Shown here: positions 1 through 8,577 of the stretch, piece after piece | Layout: each line of letters starts with the position of its first letter | Position numbering within the stretch: the first letter of the stretch is position 1 | IMG/VR virus record: IMGVR_UViG_2531839484_000009 | DNA: 31,480 bases | Source: a virus | Taxonomy: Duplodnaviria; Heunggongvirae; Uroviricota; Caudoviricetes | Reading direction: 5' to 3' (one strand) | The notes under the pieces: generated by a model | Databases searched by the model: none | What the model was told of the DNA's origin: nothing | The model's input: the letters and a program-made list of their open reading frames with translations, nothing else | Program-made: the position numbers and the translations under genes

Positions 1-216
1 GGCGGCGGCACAGTTGGTGTGGCGGCCTCAGTCCGGAACAATTTGAAAACAAGAACCTCGCTTAGGCCTGTGTCCATATTACGTGGGTAGGATCACGCAG
101 GGGTCGGCCCATTTGAGCTTCAGATAGGAACGTTTGAATTCCTTTCACAAAATACATCACATACTGAACGTGAACATTCCCACTTTGATCTTAAGGCCAA
201 AAAGTATGCAGGACTA

Positions 217-1935
217 ATGATTTTTAGGGATAGCTTGAGAGTATTACCTTATGGTCGAGTAGATAATGATTTCTTCCAGATAGAAGAAAGACGTTCATGG
301 AATGCAGGGCGATATTATTGGTCTAATAGAAGGATTTTTGGTTATATTGGAATTACTCAATCCAGTAATAAAGAGCTGAAAGATAAGTCGGGGAGAGAGG
401 GATTCATAAGAAACCAGGCTGCAAGAGAACTGAAAACTATTATATCTAATTTGTTAACTGAACTTGCTGATAGATTTTTTGGTTCACGTTCTGATGACCG
501 TAAAGAGCTTTTAGAACAAGTTAAGCGTGAAAAAGAGTTAAGAAAATCTGCTCAACAACAAGCTCGAAAATCAACACAAAAAAGTTTTTCAGAAGCTTTG
601 AAGAATCAGACACCAGTTCTTGATGCTTCCTTGGAGGCTGTTAAAAGGCTGAAAACTAAGCTTGATAAAACTGATGGTTCGTTAGATTTAAACTATCTTA
701 AAATTATAGACAGTGATCTTACAAACTTAGATGCGTTGCGCAGTGAAATTAAAACGCCTATCAAACCTCCAAAACTTGGAATGTATGAAGAGAAATATAG
801 AGACTACAGAGATAAATTTAATGAGTTCTCTGCGTATATTCTACAAATGAAGTTAGCAATTAATAAACTTGATTCTGAATTAAATAAACTTGAGCCTTCA
901 TTGTCAGCGAAAAATCACCTTGAAAAAAATCAAGGTATTATTAATTCTAAACTAACTAAGTTTAATAACACGATAGAGGAGAAGATACATTCTCTTTTAA
1001 AAAAATGGGCCGATGAAATAAAGGTTGATCGAAGTGATTATTATGCTAAAACTATATCAGTTGTTGATTCAATAGATAATGATTCACAAATTGAAAATGT
1101 GTTTAATTTGCTCGATAGTTTATATGTTGAGTCAGTTGATACCCTAACTTTCAAATATCAATCAATAATAAAAGGTCTCGATAGATTATTTGAAGGTATA
1201 AACTTAGATTCAGCATTCTCATTATCTGAAGAAGAACGCTCATATTTTGAAGAAAAAGCTAAAAGTTTAAACGCGCTTGCACAGTTAGGTATTAGTGTTG
1301 AGATAATATCTCATGAACTTGAAGAAATGGATTCTATGGTAACCAGAGGACTAAACTCTCTTCCTACTTCTGTAAAAGAACACCCTGGTTTTTCATTGGC
1401 GTTAAATGCTCACAGATCGCTTACTCAACAAATACGTTTCTTATCACCTTTGAAAATATCAGGTTATCAATCCAGGCAGAGAATAACTGGAAAAAATATC
1501 ATGGATTATGTCCTGAAGTTCTTTGGGGAGCGTTTCGAACGGCAACGAATAACTATTGAATTTAGTGAAGAGTTTAAGCAAATCGCAATAACAGATATAC
1601 CATCAAGGATCTATCCTGTTTTTACTAATATTATCAACAATGCAATGTATTGGGTCAGTCTGTCAAATAATAGGCTCATAAAGATTGGTTTTGTGAATTC
1701 TTTGGTTATCATAGCAAATTCTGGTCCGGCAATTGATACCGATGATATCCCGCGACTATTTGAACTATTTTATAGCAAAAGAGCAAATGGACATGGGGTA
1801 GGTCTGTATCTATGTCGAGAAAACCTTGCTGTTGCACATCATAAAATATGGTATTCAGAACCTGATGAAGGCGATAACTATTTAATAAAAGATGGCGCTA
1901 ATTTTGTGATCCAGTTCAATGGAGTGGAGTTCTAA
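217..1935 (+). CDS. Histidine-kinase-like protein: coiled-coil N-terminal region, HisKA-like H-box, C-terminal GHKL ATPase (HATPase_c)
   Basis: H-box-like IISHELEE; N-box NIINNAMYW; G1-like IDTDD; G2-like GHGVGLYL. No hydrophobic TM segment seen. No in-frame start between the stop at 88-90 and ATG 217. Confidence 0.55.
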   Translation: MIFRDSLRVLPYGRVDNDFFQIEERRSWNAGRYYWSNRRIFGYIGITQSSNKELKDKSGREGFIRNQAARELKTIISNLLTELADRFFGSRSDDRKELLEQVKREKELRKSAQQQARKSTQKSFSEALKNQTPVLDASLEAVKRLKTKLDKTDGSLDLNYLKIIDSDLTNLDALRSEIKTPIKPPKLGMYEEKYRDYRDKFNEFSAYILQMKLAINKLDSELNKLEPSLSAKNHLEKNQGIINSKLTKFNNTIEEKIHSLLKKWADEIKVDRSDYYAKTISVVDSIDNDSQIENVFNLLDSLYVESVDTLTFKYQSIIKGLDRLFEGINLDSAFSLSEEERSYFEEKAKSLNALAQLGISVEIISHELEEMDSMVTRGLNSLPTSVKEHPGFSLALNAHRSLTQQIRFLSPLKISGYQSRQRITGKNIMDYVLKFFGERFERQRITIEFSEEFKQIAITDIPSRIYPVFTNIINNAMYWVSLSNNRLIKIGFVNSLVIIANSGPAIDTDDIPRLFELFYSKRANGHGVGLYLCRENLAVAHHKIWYSEPDEGDNYLIKDGANFVIQFNGVEF

Positions 1936-1936
1936 T

Positions 1937-3685
1937 ATGACAGTGGCAAATTATAATTCTCTTGTCCAGAAAACTTTCTGCGAAAATGCAATTCGTTCCG
2001 TTGTCATGATTGATGACGATTTTCTGACGTATTCTGAATCAATCAGGGCGTTGAATAACGAAGTTGATTTAGACTACAACAAAATTGACTCATCTAAACG
2101 AGCCGCTACTCTTGAGAGCTTTTTTCAATCTAAAAATATGATTTGTGATGTTGACAATGGTTCTGTTAATTTCGATGTGGATCGGATTAGAAAATCAGAT
2201 CTTATTATTGTAGATTATCATCTTGATAATAATGCACCTGATAAAACACTTAAACCATTACAAGATTTGAAAGACTCCGATCATTTAAATATGATTGTAA
2301 TATATACTAGAGAGAATTTAGAAACGGTTTGGATGCAGATATCATCGACTCTCAAAGGTGCTCTGGATATCAACAGCTTGATCATTGACTACGATAATGA
2401 AGATGTCCAAAGTTATTGGGAAGACGTTGTATTACCGAACTTAAATGATAATGGTAATAAAGCTCTCACAAGAGATGAAACAATAGCCTATATTAAAGAC
2501 AGTAAGCCTTGTAGAAGAATTAAAAGATTAATACATGATGATGCTGTGTTGGAGGATCAAAAGGATAAAAACTTCATTGCAAAAATGATTGCAGAATATG
2601 CTGTGTCTAGAAATGCAATTATTTCTAGCAACACATCTGGCAATGTCATTCGGGGTGATGAAAGCGGAGTAAAATGGATTCAATGTGGTAATATCTTTGT
2701 CTCCCTATTTCATAAGGTTCAAGATGATCATGAAAACGATGGAGATAGGATTTGGCAAACTCTCAATGATTCTCTCATTGAATGGAAACCATCTTATTAT
2801 CAGTTAATAAAATCTGAAATTCAGAATGCAATCGAAGCTGAGGCTTTATCTTTTGTAAATCATTTGGCTAACGATCATTACGGTCAAGCTGCGTGGTTAA
2901 ATGAGATATTAAAATCAGACTCGCCTGATATTAGATGTAGAAATATTGACTTTGTATTTGGTAATTTATCAGAAGAGCTTTATCAAAGACTTAAAAATAA
3001 TAATACGCTGGATGAATTTATCAAAAGTGTTTTTGATAGCTATTCAAATGAATACGCTAACAGCGGAGTTGCTGCATTGCTCCAATATTGCTCTTCAAAA
3101 ATGGATCTGCCATCAAATAATGATACTTATCACGAAATGTATCATGCTTTAAATATGAATTTGTCTTCAAAGAATTTTGAAGATGGTCATATTTCTACTG
3201 GCACTATTTTCTTTGATACAGAGTCGAACAAATGGTATTTATGTGTATCTGCGGCATGTGATTTGGTTCCTACTCAGGGTAACGACCCTCACCATGTAAG
3301 ATTAAGTCCGCACAGGCTCATTAAAGTTCTGGAGCTTTTTAACGCCAGTCAGAGTAAAGCATTGCCATTTGCTGAACATTCGAAATATATATATGTAATG
3401 CATAAAAATCAAAGAAAATATCTCTCTATTTTCGAAGGGGATAAAACGCTTCCTGTTGTTGATTATATGGTGGTGTTGAATCATGGAACAACAGTTGATG
3501 GCGAAGAAAAAAATATTATTTCTGCCGTGTTTTTAAGTAATATGGATGGCAACGTGCAAAATGTTCCTGTCCGACTCAAACTTAAATCTCAACTGAGAAC
3601 TGGTTATGCAGAAAGATATCAGGCTATAGCGTCTCAGTATAGCTCAAGGATTGGTGTGGATTATGTATCAATGATGCTACCATAA
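1937..3685 (+). CDS. Receiver (REC)-like domain protein with ~450-aa uncharacterised C-terminal domain
   Basis: N-terminal motifs VVMIDDD, DLIIVDYHL and MIVIYT fit the REC beta1/beta3/beta4 pattern. ATG 1937 is preferred over ATG 1919 because GGAGTGGAG sits 7 nt upstream; it lies 1 nt after the kinase stop. No HTH output domain recognised. Confidence 0.5.
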   Translation: MTVANYNSLVQKTFCENAIRSVVMIDDDFLTYSESIRALNNEVDLDYNKIDSSKRAATLESFFQSKNMICDVDNGSVNFDVDRIRKSDLIIVDYHLDNNAPDKTLKPLQDLKDSDHLNMIVIYTRENLETVWMQISSTLKGALDINSLIIDYDNEDVQSYWEDVVLPNLNDNGNKALTRDETIAYIKDSKPCRRIKRLIHDDAVLEDQKDKNFIAKMIAEYAVSRNAIISSNTSGNVIRGDESGVKWIQCGNIFVSLFHKVQDDHENDGDRIWQTLNDSLIEWKPSYYQLIKSEIQNAIEAEALSFVNHLANDHYGQAAWLNEILKSDSPDIRCRNIDFVFGNLSEELYQRLKNNNTLDEFIKSVFDSYSNEYANSGVAALLQYCSSKMDLPSNNDTYHEMYHALNMNLSSKNFEDGHISTGTIFFDTESNKWYLCVSAACDLVPTQGNDPHHVRLSPHRLIKVLELFNASQSKALPFAEHSKYIYVMHKNQRKYLSIFEGDKTLPVVDYMVVLNHGTTVDGEEKNIISAVFLSNMDGNVQNVPVRLKLKSQLRTGYAERYQAIASQYSSRIGVDYVSMMLP

Positions 3686-3756
3686 TTATTATATTTTAGG
3701 CGTGGTGATTTTTTTTCGCCATGCCTATTTTATATTTATCATCACAATGATGTTGT

Positions 3757-4173
3757 TTATTTTTGTTTAAGTCTTCTAAGCTTCATGCATTCTAATGAGA
3801 ATAATAATAGAGTTGTGCTGTATATAAAGCCAGAGTTAGTTAATAACTTTAAATTTAATGCTTCAGGATTTTCACTGAGAAAGTGAAAGGCATAAACTAA
3901 GTATACAGCTAAAGTAGCCGTTCCAATTGTTGGTCCAATATCGCCTTGATCATGAGGTTCAAGGTTTACATTGAACTTGAAGATTAGCCATTCAAATCCC
4001 CAAGTAAAAAAAACAACTAATATCATGGCTGCGAATAATTTCGCGATGTTATCTGCTGATGGATTCATCAGAACAGATTGTTTCTGAAAAAATTCACAAA
4101 GTGAGAGTCCGAAAAAAATAAAAAAAAGTGGTCTGGAACTAAATTTTTCAAAAACTTTGAATAGGGTTTCCAT
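3757..4173 (-). CDS. Small integral membrane protein (several hydrophobic helices), function unknown
   Basis: 138-aa ORF with hydrophobic stretches LFFIFFGLSL, AAMILVVFFTW, ATLAVYLVYAF, LLLFSL; AT-rich; convergent with the kinase/receiver pair. Confidence 0.4.
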   Translation of the reverse strand: METLFKVFEKFSSRPLFFIFFGLSLCEFFQKQSVLMNPSADNIAKLFAAMILVVFFTWGFEWLIFKFNVNLEPHDQGDIGPTIGTATLAVYLVYAFHFLSENPEALNLKLLTNSGFIYSTTLLLFSLECMKLRRLKQK

Positions 4174-4211
4174 TTTCTTTACCTTCAGGATTATATTAGC
4201 TATTCTGATAC

Positions 4212-5441
4212 TTAGGCTACCAGAGCATTTGATCTTTGAGCTTGAACGTAATCACTCCACCATTGCATCAAACTCTGTCGCTCTATCAGATATTCTGCAC
4301 GATTGTATGCTGCGATAATTTCATCTTTTTTCGAGTGGGCAAGCGCTGCCTCAAGAACTTCAGCTCTGAATTTACCAGACTCCTCTGCCGCTGTTCGTGC
4401 AATAGAACGCATACCGTGAGCTACAAGCTCGCCTCCGAACCCCATTCGGATGATAGCTGCGTTGGCTGTTTGTTCATGCATATGATTAAGAGGCGCTTTT
4501 ATGCTGGGGAAAACCCATTCTCTATGCCCACTTATTGATTTCATTAATTCAAGGATGCGCAAAGCTTCTTTACTCAAAGGAACTTTGTGAAGCTTTTTCA
4601 TTTTCATGAAATCAGCAGGAATGTTCCAAATGCTGTTGGTTGTATCAATATCAGACCACCTTGCGCGAACGGCTTCACCCGGACGAACCCATGTCAACAA
4701 TTGCCATTCAATTAGCATACGTGTTTCCAACCGGATTGACGCATTCGTCAAAGATTCCATAAACCTTGGCAATTCGCTTGGGGGAAGGGCAGGCATATTT
4801 TGCTTTTTTGGTTTACTGAATCTTTGACCAAGGTTGTCAGCCGGGTTGAACTCAATAAGTTCTTCAGTAGCTGCCCACCGGAAGATTTCATTCAGACGTG
4901 AAATGATACGGCGTAGAGTTTCCAATACGCCTCGTTGCTCAATAGGATCAAGGTGTTGTTTTAAGAGCTTAGGTCGGATCTCATTGATAGGGACATTACC
5001 CAGACCGGGAAAGACATTTCTCTCTAAGCTGCGCCAGATGTCTGCTGCATGGTCTTGTGAGATACCTGATGTCTTTACCTTCTCATCTAACCATTTCCGC
5101 GCTACGGCTTGGAGAGTGTGCTCAGTAGCACTCTTTAATGCCTTCGCCTTATCGTTGTTATGGATTTGGGGATCAACACCATTTGCCAGAAAGGAGAGAT
5201 ATTCATCACGTAAGGCTCTGGCTCTTGCAAGGGTAAGGTGAGGATATGTCCCAAGGCTCATTTTGGTTCTTTTCTTGCTCACTGGTACTGCATACCTGAA
5301 ATACCAATTTTTCTTGCCTCCTTTCGCCAAAGGAGCGATTCGTAGAATCAGACCATCACCGTCAAACAAGTTGATTTCTTTATCGGCTGGCTTGGTGCTT
5401 TTGATTTCAGTGTCAGTGAGCTTCTTAGCGATTTTTGCCAT
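4212..5441 (-). CDS. int: Tyrosine integrase, P4-like family with N-terminal arm-binding domain
   Basis: N-terminus KLTDTEIKSTKP...LFDGDGLILRIAPLAKGGKKNWYFRY is typical of P4-type integrases; C-terminal catalytic region HGMRSIARTAA. Start ATG 5441 has GAGGG upstream; ATG 5483 is an alternative in-frame start. Confidence 0.85.
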   Translation of the reverse strand: MAKIAKKLTDTEIKSTKPADKEINLFDGDGLILRIAPLAKGGKKNWYFRYAVPVSKKRTKMSLGTYPHLTLARARALRDEYLSFLANGVDPQIHNNDKAKALKSATEHTLQAVARKWLDEKVKTSGISQDHAADIWRSLERNVFPGLGNVPINEIRPKLLKQHLDPIEQRGVLETLRRIISRLNEIFRWAATEELIEFNPADNLGQRFSKPKKQNMPALPPSELPRFMESLTNASIRLETRMLIEWQLLTWVRPGEAVRARWSDIDTTNSIWNIPADFMKMKKLHKVPLSKEALRILELMKSISGHREWVFPSIKAPLNHMHEQTANAAIIRMGFGGELVAHGMRSIARTAAEESGKFRAEVLEAALAHSKKDEIIAAYNRAEYLIERQSLMQWWSDYVQAQRSNALVA

Positions 5442-5538
5442 TTTGGGACCCTCGGTTTTTGGACCCTTCTTAGTGGGTCCCATTCAGGGTGCCATAACTC
5501 GTAGTTCTCAGCAATTCTCACTGGACGACAATAGACGT

Positions 5539-5571
5539 AAAAAAGCCCGCAGAGCTTGTGCTGTGTGGGCT
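5539..5571 (-). terminator. Imperfect hairpin plus T6 run immediately downstream of the ssrA 3' fragment (minus strand)
   Basis: Minus strand reads GCCCACACAGC-acaa-GCTCTGCGGGC followed by TTTTTT; 9 of 11 stem pairs. Confidence 0.4.
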
Positions 5572-5606
5572 TAGTAGACTTCATTGAACTTCAAACAACT
5601 AAAAAG

Positions 5607-5651
5607 TGGTGGAGCTGGCGGGAGTTGAACCCGCGTCCGAAATTCCTACAT
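5607..5651 (-). repeat. ssrA: 45-bp copy of the 3' end of tmRNA gene ssrA including the CCA end; att core / integration-site remnant
   Basis: Minus strand matches the recalled E. coli ssrA 3' terminus ...ATGTAGGAATTTCGGACGCGGGTTCAACTCCCGCCAGCTCCACCA over 45 nt, then diverges into AT-rich sequence. Confidence 0.75.
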
Positions 5652-5767
5652 ACCATTTTCACTACAGAAAAAATAATGATTTATGTTTAAAAACAATATG
5701 TTAGTGTTATGTGGTGTTTGGCAGTTTTATCTGTTTTTAAAGCTCTGCCGCCAAAATGTCGCCATCA

Positions 5768-6799
5768 TCAATCGCGTCTCAGCTGGGGTAAGCGAGACAT
5801 CTTGGCGGGTTGATAAGCTATAGTGATCAAGAACTGAGAATACTTGAACCAATTCTCTAGAATCCCTTCACCATATATCAAAATTTTATCTTCTATAGGG
5901 AAGTACAAGTTTACCACTTCATTTCTGCAAGTATCCAAGAAGGCGTAGGTTATCTCTTCTAAGGATTGCAGTGATTCGTACAGAGTGCCAAAATCATAAA
6001 ATGGTGAATAAACTTGGTATTTATTATAACTATCATTTATTACAAATGACTTTTTATAATGAAATCCACCTAAACACAACAGTTTACAAGTTTTTTCATA
6101 AATAATCATAACTCCTACAAATATTCTCATCTTTGTTGTGCAAAGTTCCTCTGTAGGATGTATTTGATTTTCACTCTCGGATAATTGCTTGAGTCTTGCG
6201 TTGATTTCTACCCAACATTTGTGTAAATCAATAACAAATTGCTCATTAATATCTAATTGTTGAGAATCATCAGGCGTAGATTGTGGGTATGCTTTTCTAT
6301 ATAGTTCTTGTGGATGTTTTATAAAATGTTGGTAGATTGCTTCAGCTTGAGCTTCCTGAACCGGGTAGTAGCTGCCTATTCTTTTTCCTTCGATTTTTTT
6401 ATATAAATCAAGATGAAATTTCATGTGGTTGTAATATAAATCTACCCTGTTTTTCCTTTCTGCCTCTGAGATCTGTTTTTCTGTTTGTTTGGTTCTGTGT
6501 AGGTTGTTTACTATTGAAACTAAAGGTACTGCAGATGCAAGGATGAGTAATGGTAATTTCGAGATATCTAAAAATCTCTCATAACCGTGACTTGTAAGAC
6601 TAAAAGAGTGTATTTTATCTATCCAGACAAAAGAACCAAAGTAAAGGCTGGTGAATAAAGGTAGGCCTATTGCAGCCCAGAACAAGGGTTGTTGGAACAA
6701 GCTTCTATGATCGAGAACATAAAGTCGATATTTTATAAATAAGAATATACAACCTAATAAAACGGATAGGTACATAAATGTGCTAATGCTTTTTTCCAT
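5768..6799 (-). CDS. Membrane-anchored hypothetical protein (N-terminal TM helices plus ~250-aa soluble domain); prophage cargo between int and att
   Basis: ATG 6799 lies 2 nt after the int stop (6802-6804) on the same strand; N-terminal hydrophobic segments YLSVLLGCIFLFI, LFWAAIGLPLFTSLYFGSFVW, LPLLILASAVPLVSIV; AT-rich relative to int. Confidence 0.5.
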   Translation of the reverse strand: MEKSISTFMYLSVLLGCIFLFIKYRLYVLDHRSLFQQPLFWAAIGLPLFTSLYFGSFVWIDKIHSFSLTSHGYERFLDISKLPLLILASAVPLVSIVNNLHRTKQTEKQISEAERKNRVDLYYNHMKFHLDLYKKIEGKRIGSYYPVQEAQAEAIYQHFIKHPQELYRKAYPQSTPDDSQQLDINEQFVIDLHKCWVEINARLKQLSESENQIHPTEELCTTKMRIFVGVMIIYEKTCKLLCLGGFHYKKSFVINDSYNKYQVYSPFYDFGTLYESLQSLEEITYAFLDTCRNEVVNLYFPIEDKILIYGEGILENWFKYSQFLITIAYQPAKMSRLPQLRRD

Positions 6800-6801
6800 T
6801 A

Positions 6802-7821
6802 TCAGTATCCCAACATAGCCAGTGGATTTTTTGTTACAGCATCTTCTAAATGATCTGGCGAAAAATGAGCATAAACCATCGTCATTTTTATATCAGAGTG
6901 ACCAAGAATATCGCGTAGTACCAATATGTTTCCGCCATTCATCATGAAGTGACTGGCGAATGTATGGCGCAACACGTGTGTGCACTGGCCTTCAGGCAGG
7001 TCTATACCGGCTCGTTTTACTGCGCGCTCAAAAGCTTTTCTGCAGGGCGTGAATAGTTTCCCTCTGTTTTTGGGGAGTTCTTCATATAGCTCCTGAGATA
7101 TCGGTACGGTTCGGTTTTTCTTGCCTTTAGTTTTGGTGTAGGTGATCCGGTATTTTGATAATTGATGGCCCTGCAGGTTTTCGGCTTCACTCCATCTCGC
7201 GCCGGTGGCCAGACATATTTTTGCAACCGTCAGCAGACTAGAGCTTTGAGAATCGGCGCAGGCATCCAGCAGACGTTTAATTTCTTCCGGGGTCAGGAAC
7301 GCCAATTCACTCTCAGCAATTTTAAATGTTGGCAGCCCAGCAAGCGGGTTGGGGGCTGACCAGTGGCCCAGCTTTTTCAGTGTACCAAAAACAGATGATA
7401 GATTGCGCTGTTCAAGGTTTACCGTGCGGGGCTTAACGGGCGACATAAACGTGCCATCTTCATTTCGTACTTCACCTTTTAACCGTGCTTCGCGGTATTT
7501 CGTAAAGTCACCGGCTGTCAGTTCTGAAGCGATGGGATCGCCTAGACCATTACAGATAATACTAAGTTTCGCCATGAGGCGCTTGGGGTCTGTGAGTGTT
7601 TGACCATACAGGGAATACCACAGCTCAATTAATTCTGATAGATGTCGCCGATCTTCCTTTTCCCCCAGCCATGGTTTTTTGTTCACTTCTTCCATTGTGA
7701 AGCTTTCAAATGCAATAGCTTCGCCTTTGGTAGCAAATTGCTTACGCACGCGCTTACCATTGCGTCCATTGGGATAGCACTCACACAACCATTTTCCGTT
7801 CGGCTGTTTTCTGATGGTCAT
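6802..7821 (-). CDS. int: Tyrosine integrase, P2/186 type
   Basis: 339 aa; C-terminal catalytic region HVLRHTFASHFMMNGGNILVLRDILGHSDIKMTMVYAHF; located downstream of the repressor gene as in P2/186. Confidence 0.9.
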   Translation of the reverse strand: MTIRKQPNGKWLCECYPNGRNGKRVRKQFATKGEAIAFESFTMEEVNKKPWLGEKEDRRHLSELIELWYSLYGQTLTDPKRLMAKLSIICNGLGDPIASELTAGDFTKYREARLKGEVRNEDGTFMSPVKPRTVNLEQRNLSSVFGTLKKLGHWSAPNPLAGLPTFKIAESELAFLTPEEIKRLLDACADSQSSSLLTVAKICLATGARWSEAENLQGHQLSKYRITYTKTKGKKNRTVPISQELYEELPKNRGKLFTPCRKAFERAVKRAGIDLPEGQCTHVLRHTFASHFMMNGGNILVLRDILGHSDIKMTMVYAHFSPDHLEDAVTKNPLAMLGY

Positions 7822-7824
7822 AAG

Positions 7825-8475
7825 TTAGAGGTTCTTGATTACTTTGACTGCACGTCCTACGACTTCCACATCATCTACAGAACATTCAAATGAAGTGTCA
7901 TCTTGGTTAACTACTATTTTGTTTCCGGGTATGCGCGCAATTTTGACGATGTTTTTCATACCGTCGATGTCTATGAGCCAAATTCCGTTACTAAGCTGTT
8001 TTGCTGATGTATCAACAATGTAATTGCCGTCGTTAGCTTTGACGTACAAACAATATTCGGCTTTTCCGGGTATCAAAGTCTGATCAAGGAAAACATCCCC
8101 CATCTCTTCGAGCGTTCCGTTCTCAATGGTTGCCTGCCTTACTGATGGGATAACTATCTTTGAAAGGGGGCGAACTGTAGGTGAACTCTCATTTTTGAAC
8201 TTATTTTTTTCTTCTGTTTGAGGATACATTTCCCCTTGGCCCGTTGTCAGCCAAAGAAGAGAAATACCTGTTTCAAGGGCACATTGAATAACCCAGTCAG
8301 CAGGGAAGCTATCACGTAACATCCTGTTTGCCATGGTGCTTTTTGATGCTTCGAGGTGTTCAACCAACGCAATCTGAGTGTTGAAACCATAGGCAGTCAT
8401 CAGCCTTTTGATGGTCTCTCTTCCTCCCGTATTTGCACCTGTATTAATCTTCAAGATGAACTCTCCATTTGACAA
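7825..8475 (-). CDS. cI: CI-type immunity repressor (186 CI-like)
   Basis: N-terminal region TAYGFNTQIALVEHL...CALETGISLLWLTTGQG resembles the 186 CI HTH region as recalled; divergent from apl-like gene. Start could alternatively be the internal Met at 8400. Confidence 0.7.
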   Translation of the reverse strand: MSNGEFILKINTGANTGGRETIKRLMTAYGFNTQIALVEHLEASKSTMANRMLRDSFPADWVIQCALETGISLLWLTTGQGEMYPQTEEKNKFKNESSPTVRPLSKIVIPSVRQATIENGTLEEMGDVFLDQTLIPGKAEYCLYVKANDGNYIVDTSAKQLSNGIWLIDIDGMKNIVKIARIPGNKIVVNQDDTSFECSVDDVEVVGRAVKVIKNL

Positions 8476-8504
8476 TCCAATAACGAGATCGTATTTTTGT
8501 ATTT

Positions 8505-8531
8505 AACTTCTAATATGAGAGTTTAGAAGTT
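8505..8531. promoter_or_regulatory. Perfect 9-bp inverted repeat AACTTCTAA-N9-TTAGAAGTT in the cI/apl switch region; candidate operator
   Basis: Exact inverted repeat read in the intergenic region between the repressor and the apl-like gene. Confidence 0.35.
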
Positions 8532-8577
8532 GGGGTTAAACATCATAAAACGAGCTTAAACCAAGAGATACTGCACT

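Larger units (their letters stand above)
1..5606. mobile_element. Integrase-bearing genomic island (partial, left end outside window) adjacent to ssrA att core; AT-rich cargo
   Basis: P4-type integrase 4212-5441 lies directly beside the 45-bp ssrA 3' fragment; cargo genes are visibly AT-rich; first ~90 bp are GC-rich and closed in all three forward frames. Confidence 0.6.

Noticed and set aside
2946-3152. 68-aa plus-strand ORF (and 60-aa minus ORF at 3302-3484) inside the receiver-effector gene
   Set aside because: Short overlapping frames in AT-rich sequence, fully contained within a longer ORF with a plausible RBS and domain organisation.
5607-5970. Complete tmRNA (ssrA) gene on the minus strand
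   Set aside because: Only the terminal 45 nt match the recalled ssrA sequence; beyond position 5651 the sequence is unrelated AT-rich DNA and a protein-coding gene starts within ~120 bp.
8469-8497. Sigma70-like -35/-10 (TTGACA ... TATTTT) as the rightward lytic promoter
   Set aside because: It would lie inside the N-terminal codons of the repressor gene if the start is 8475, and the -10 is weak; promoter positions in this switch region cannot be fixed from sequence alone.
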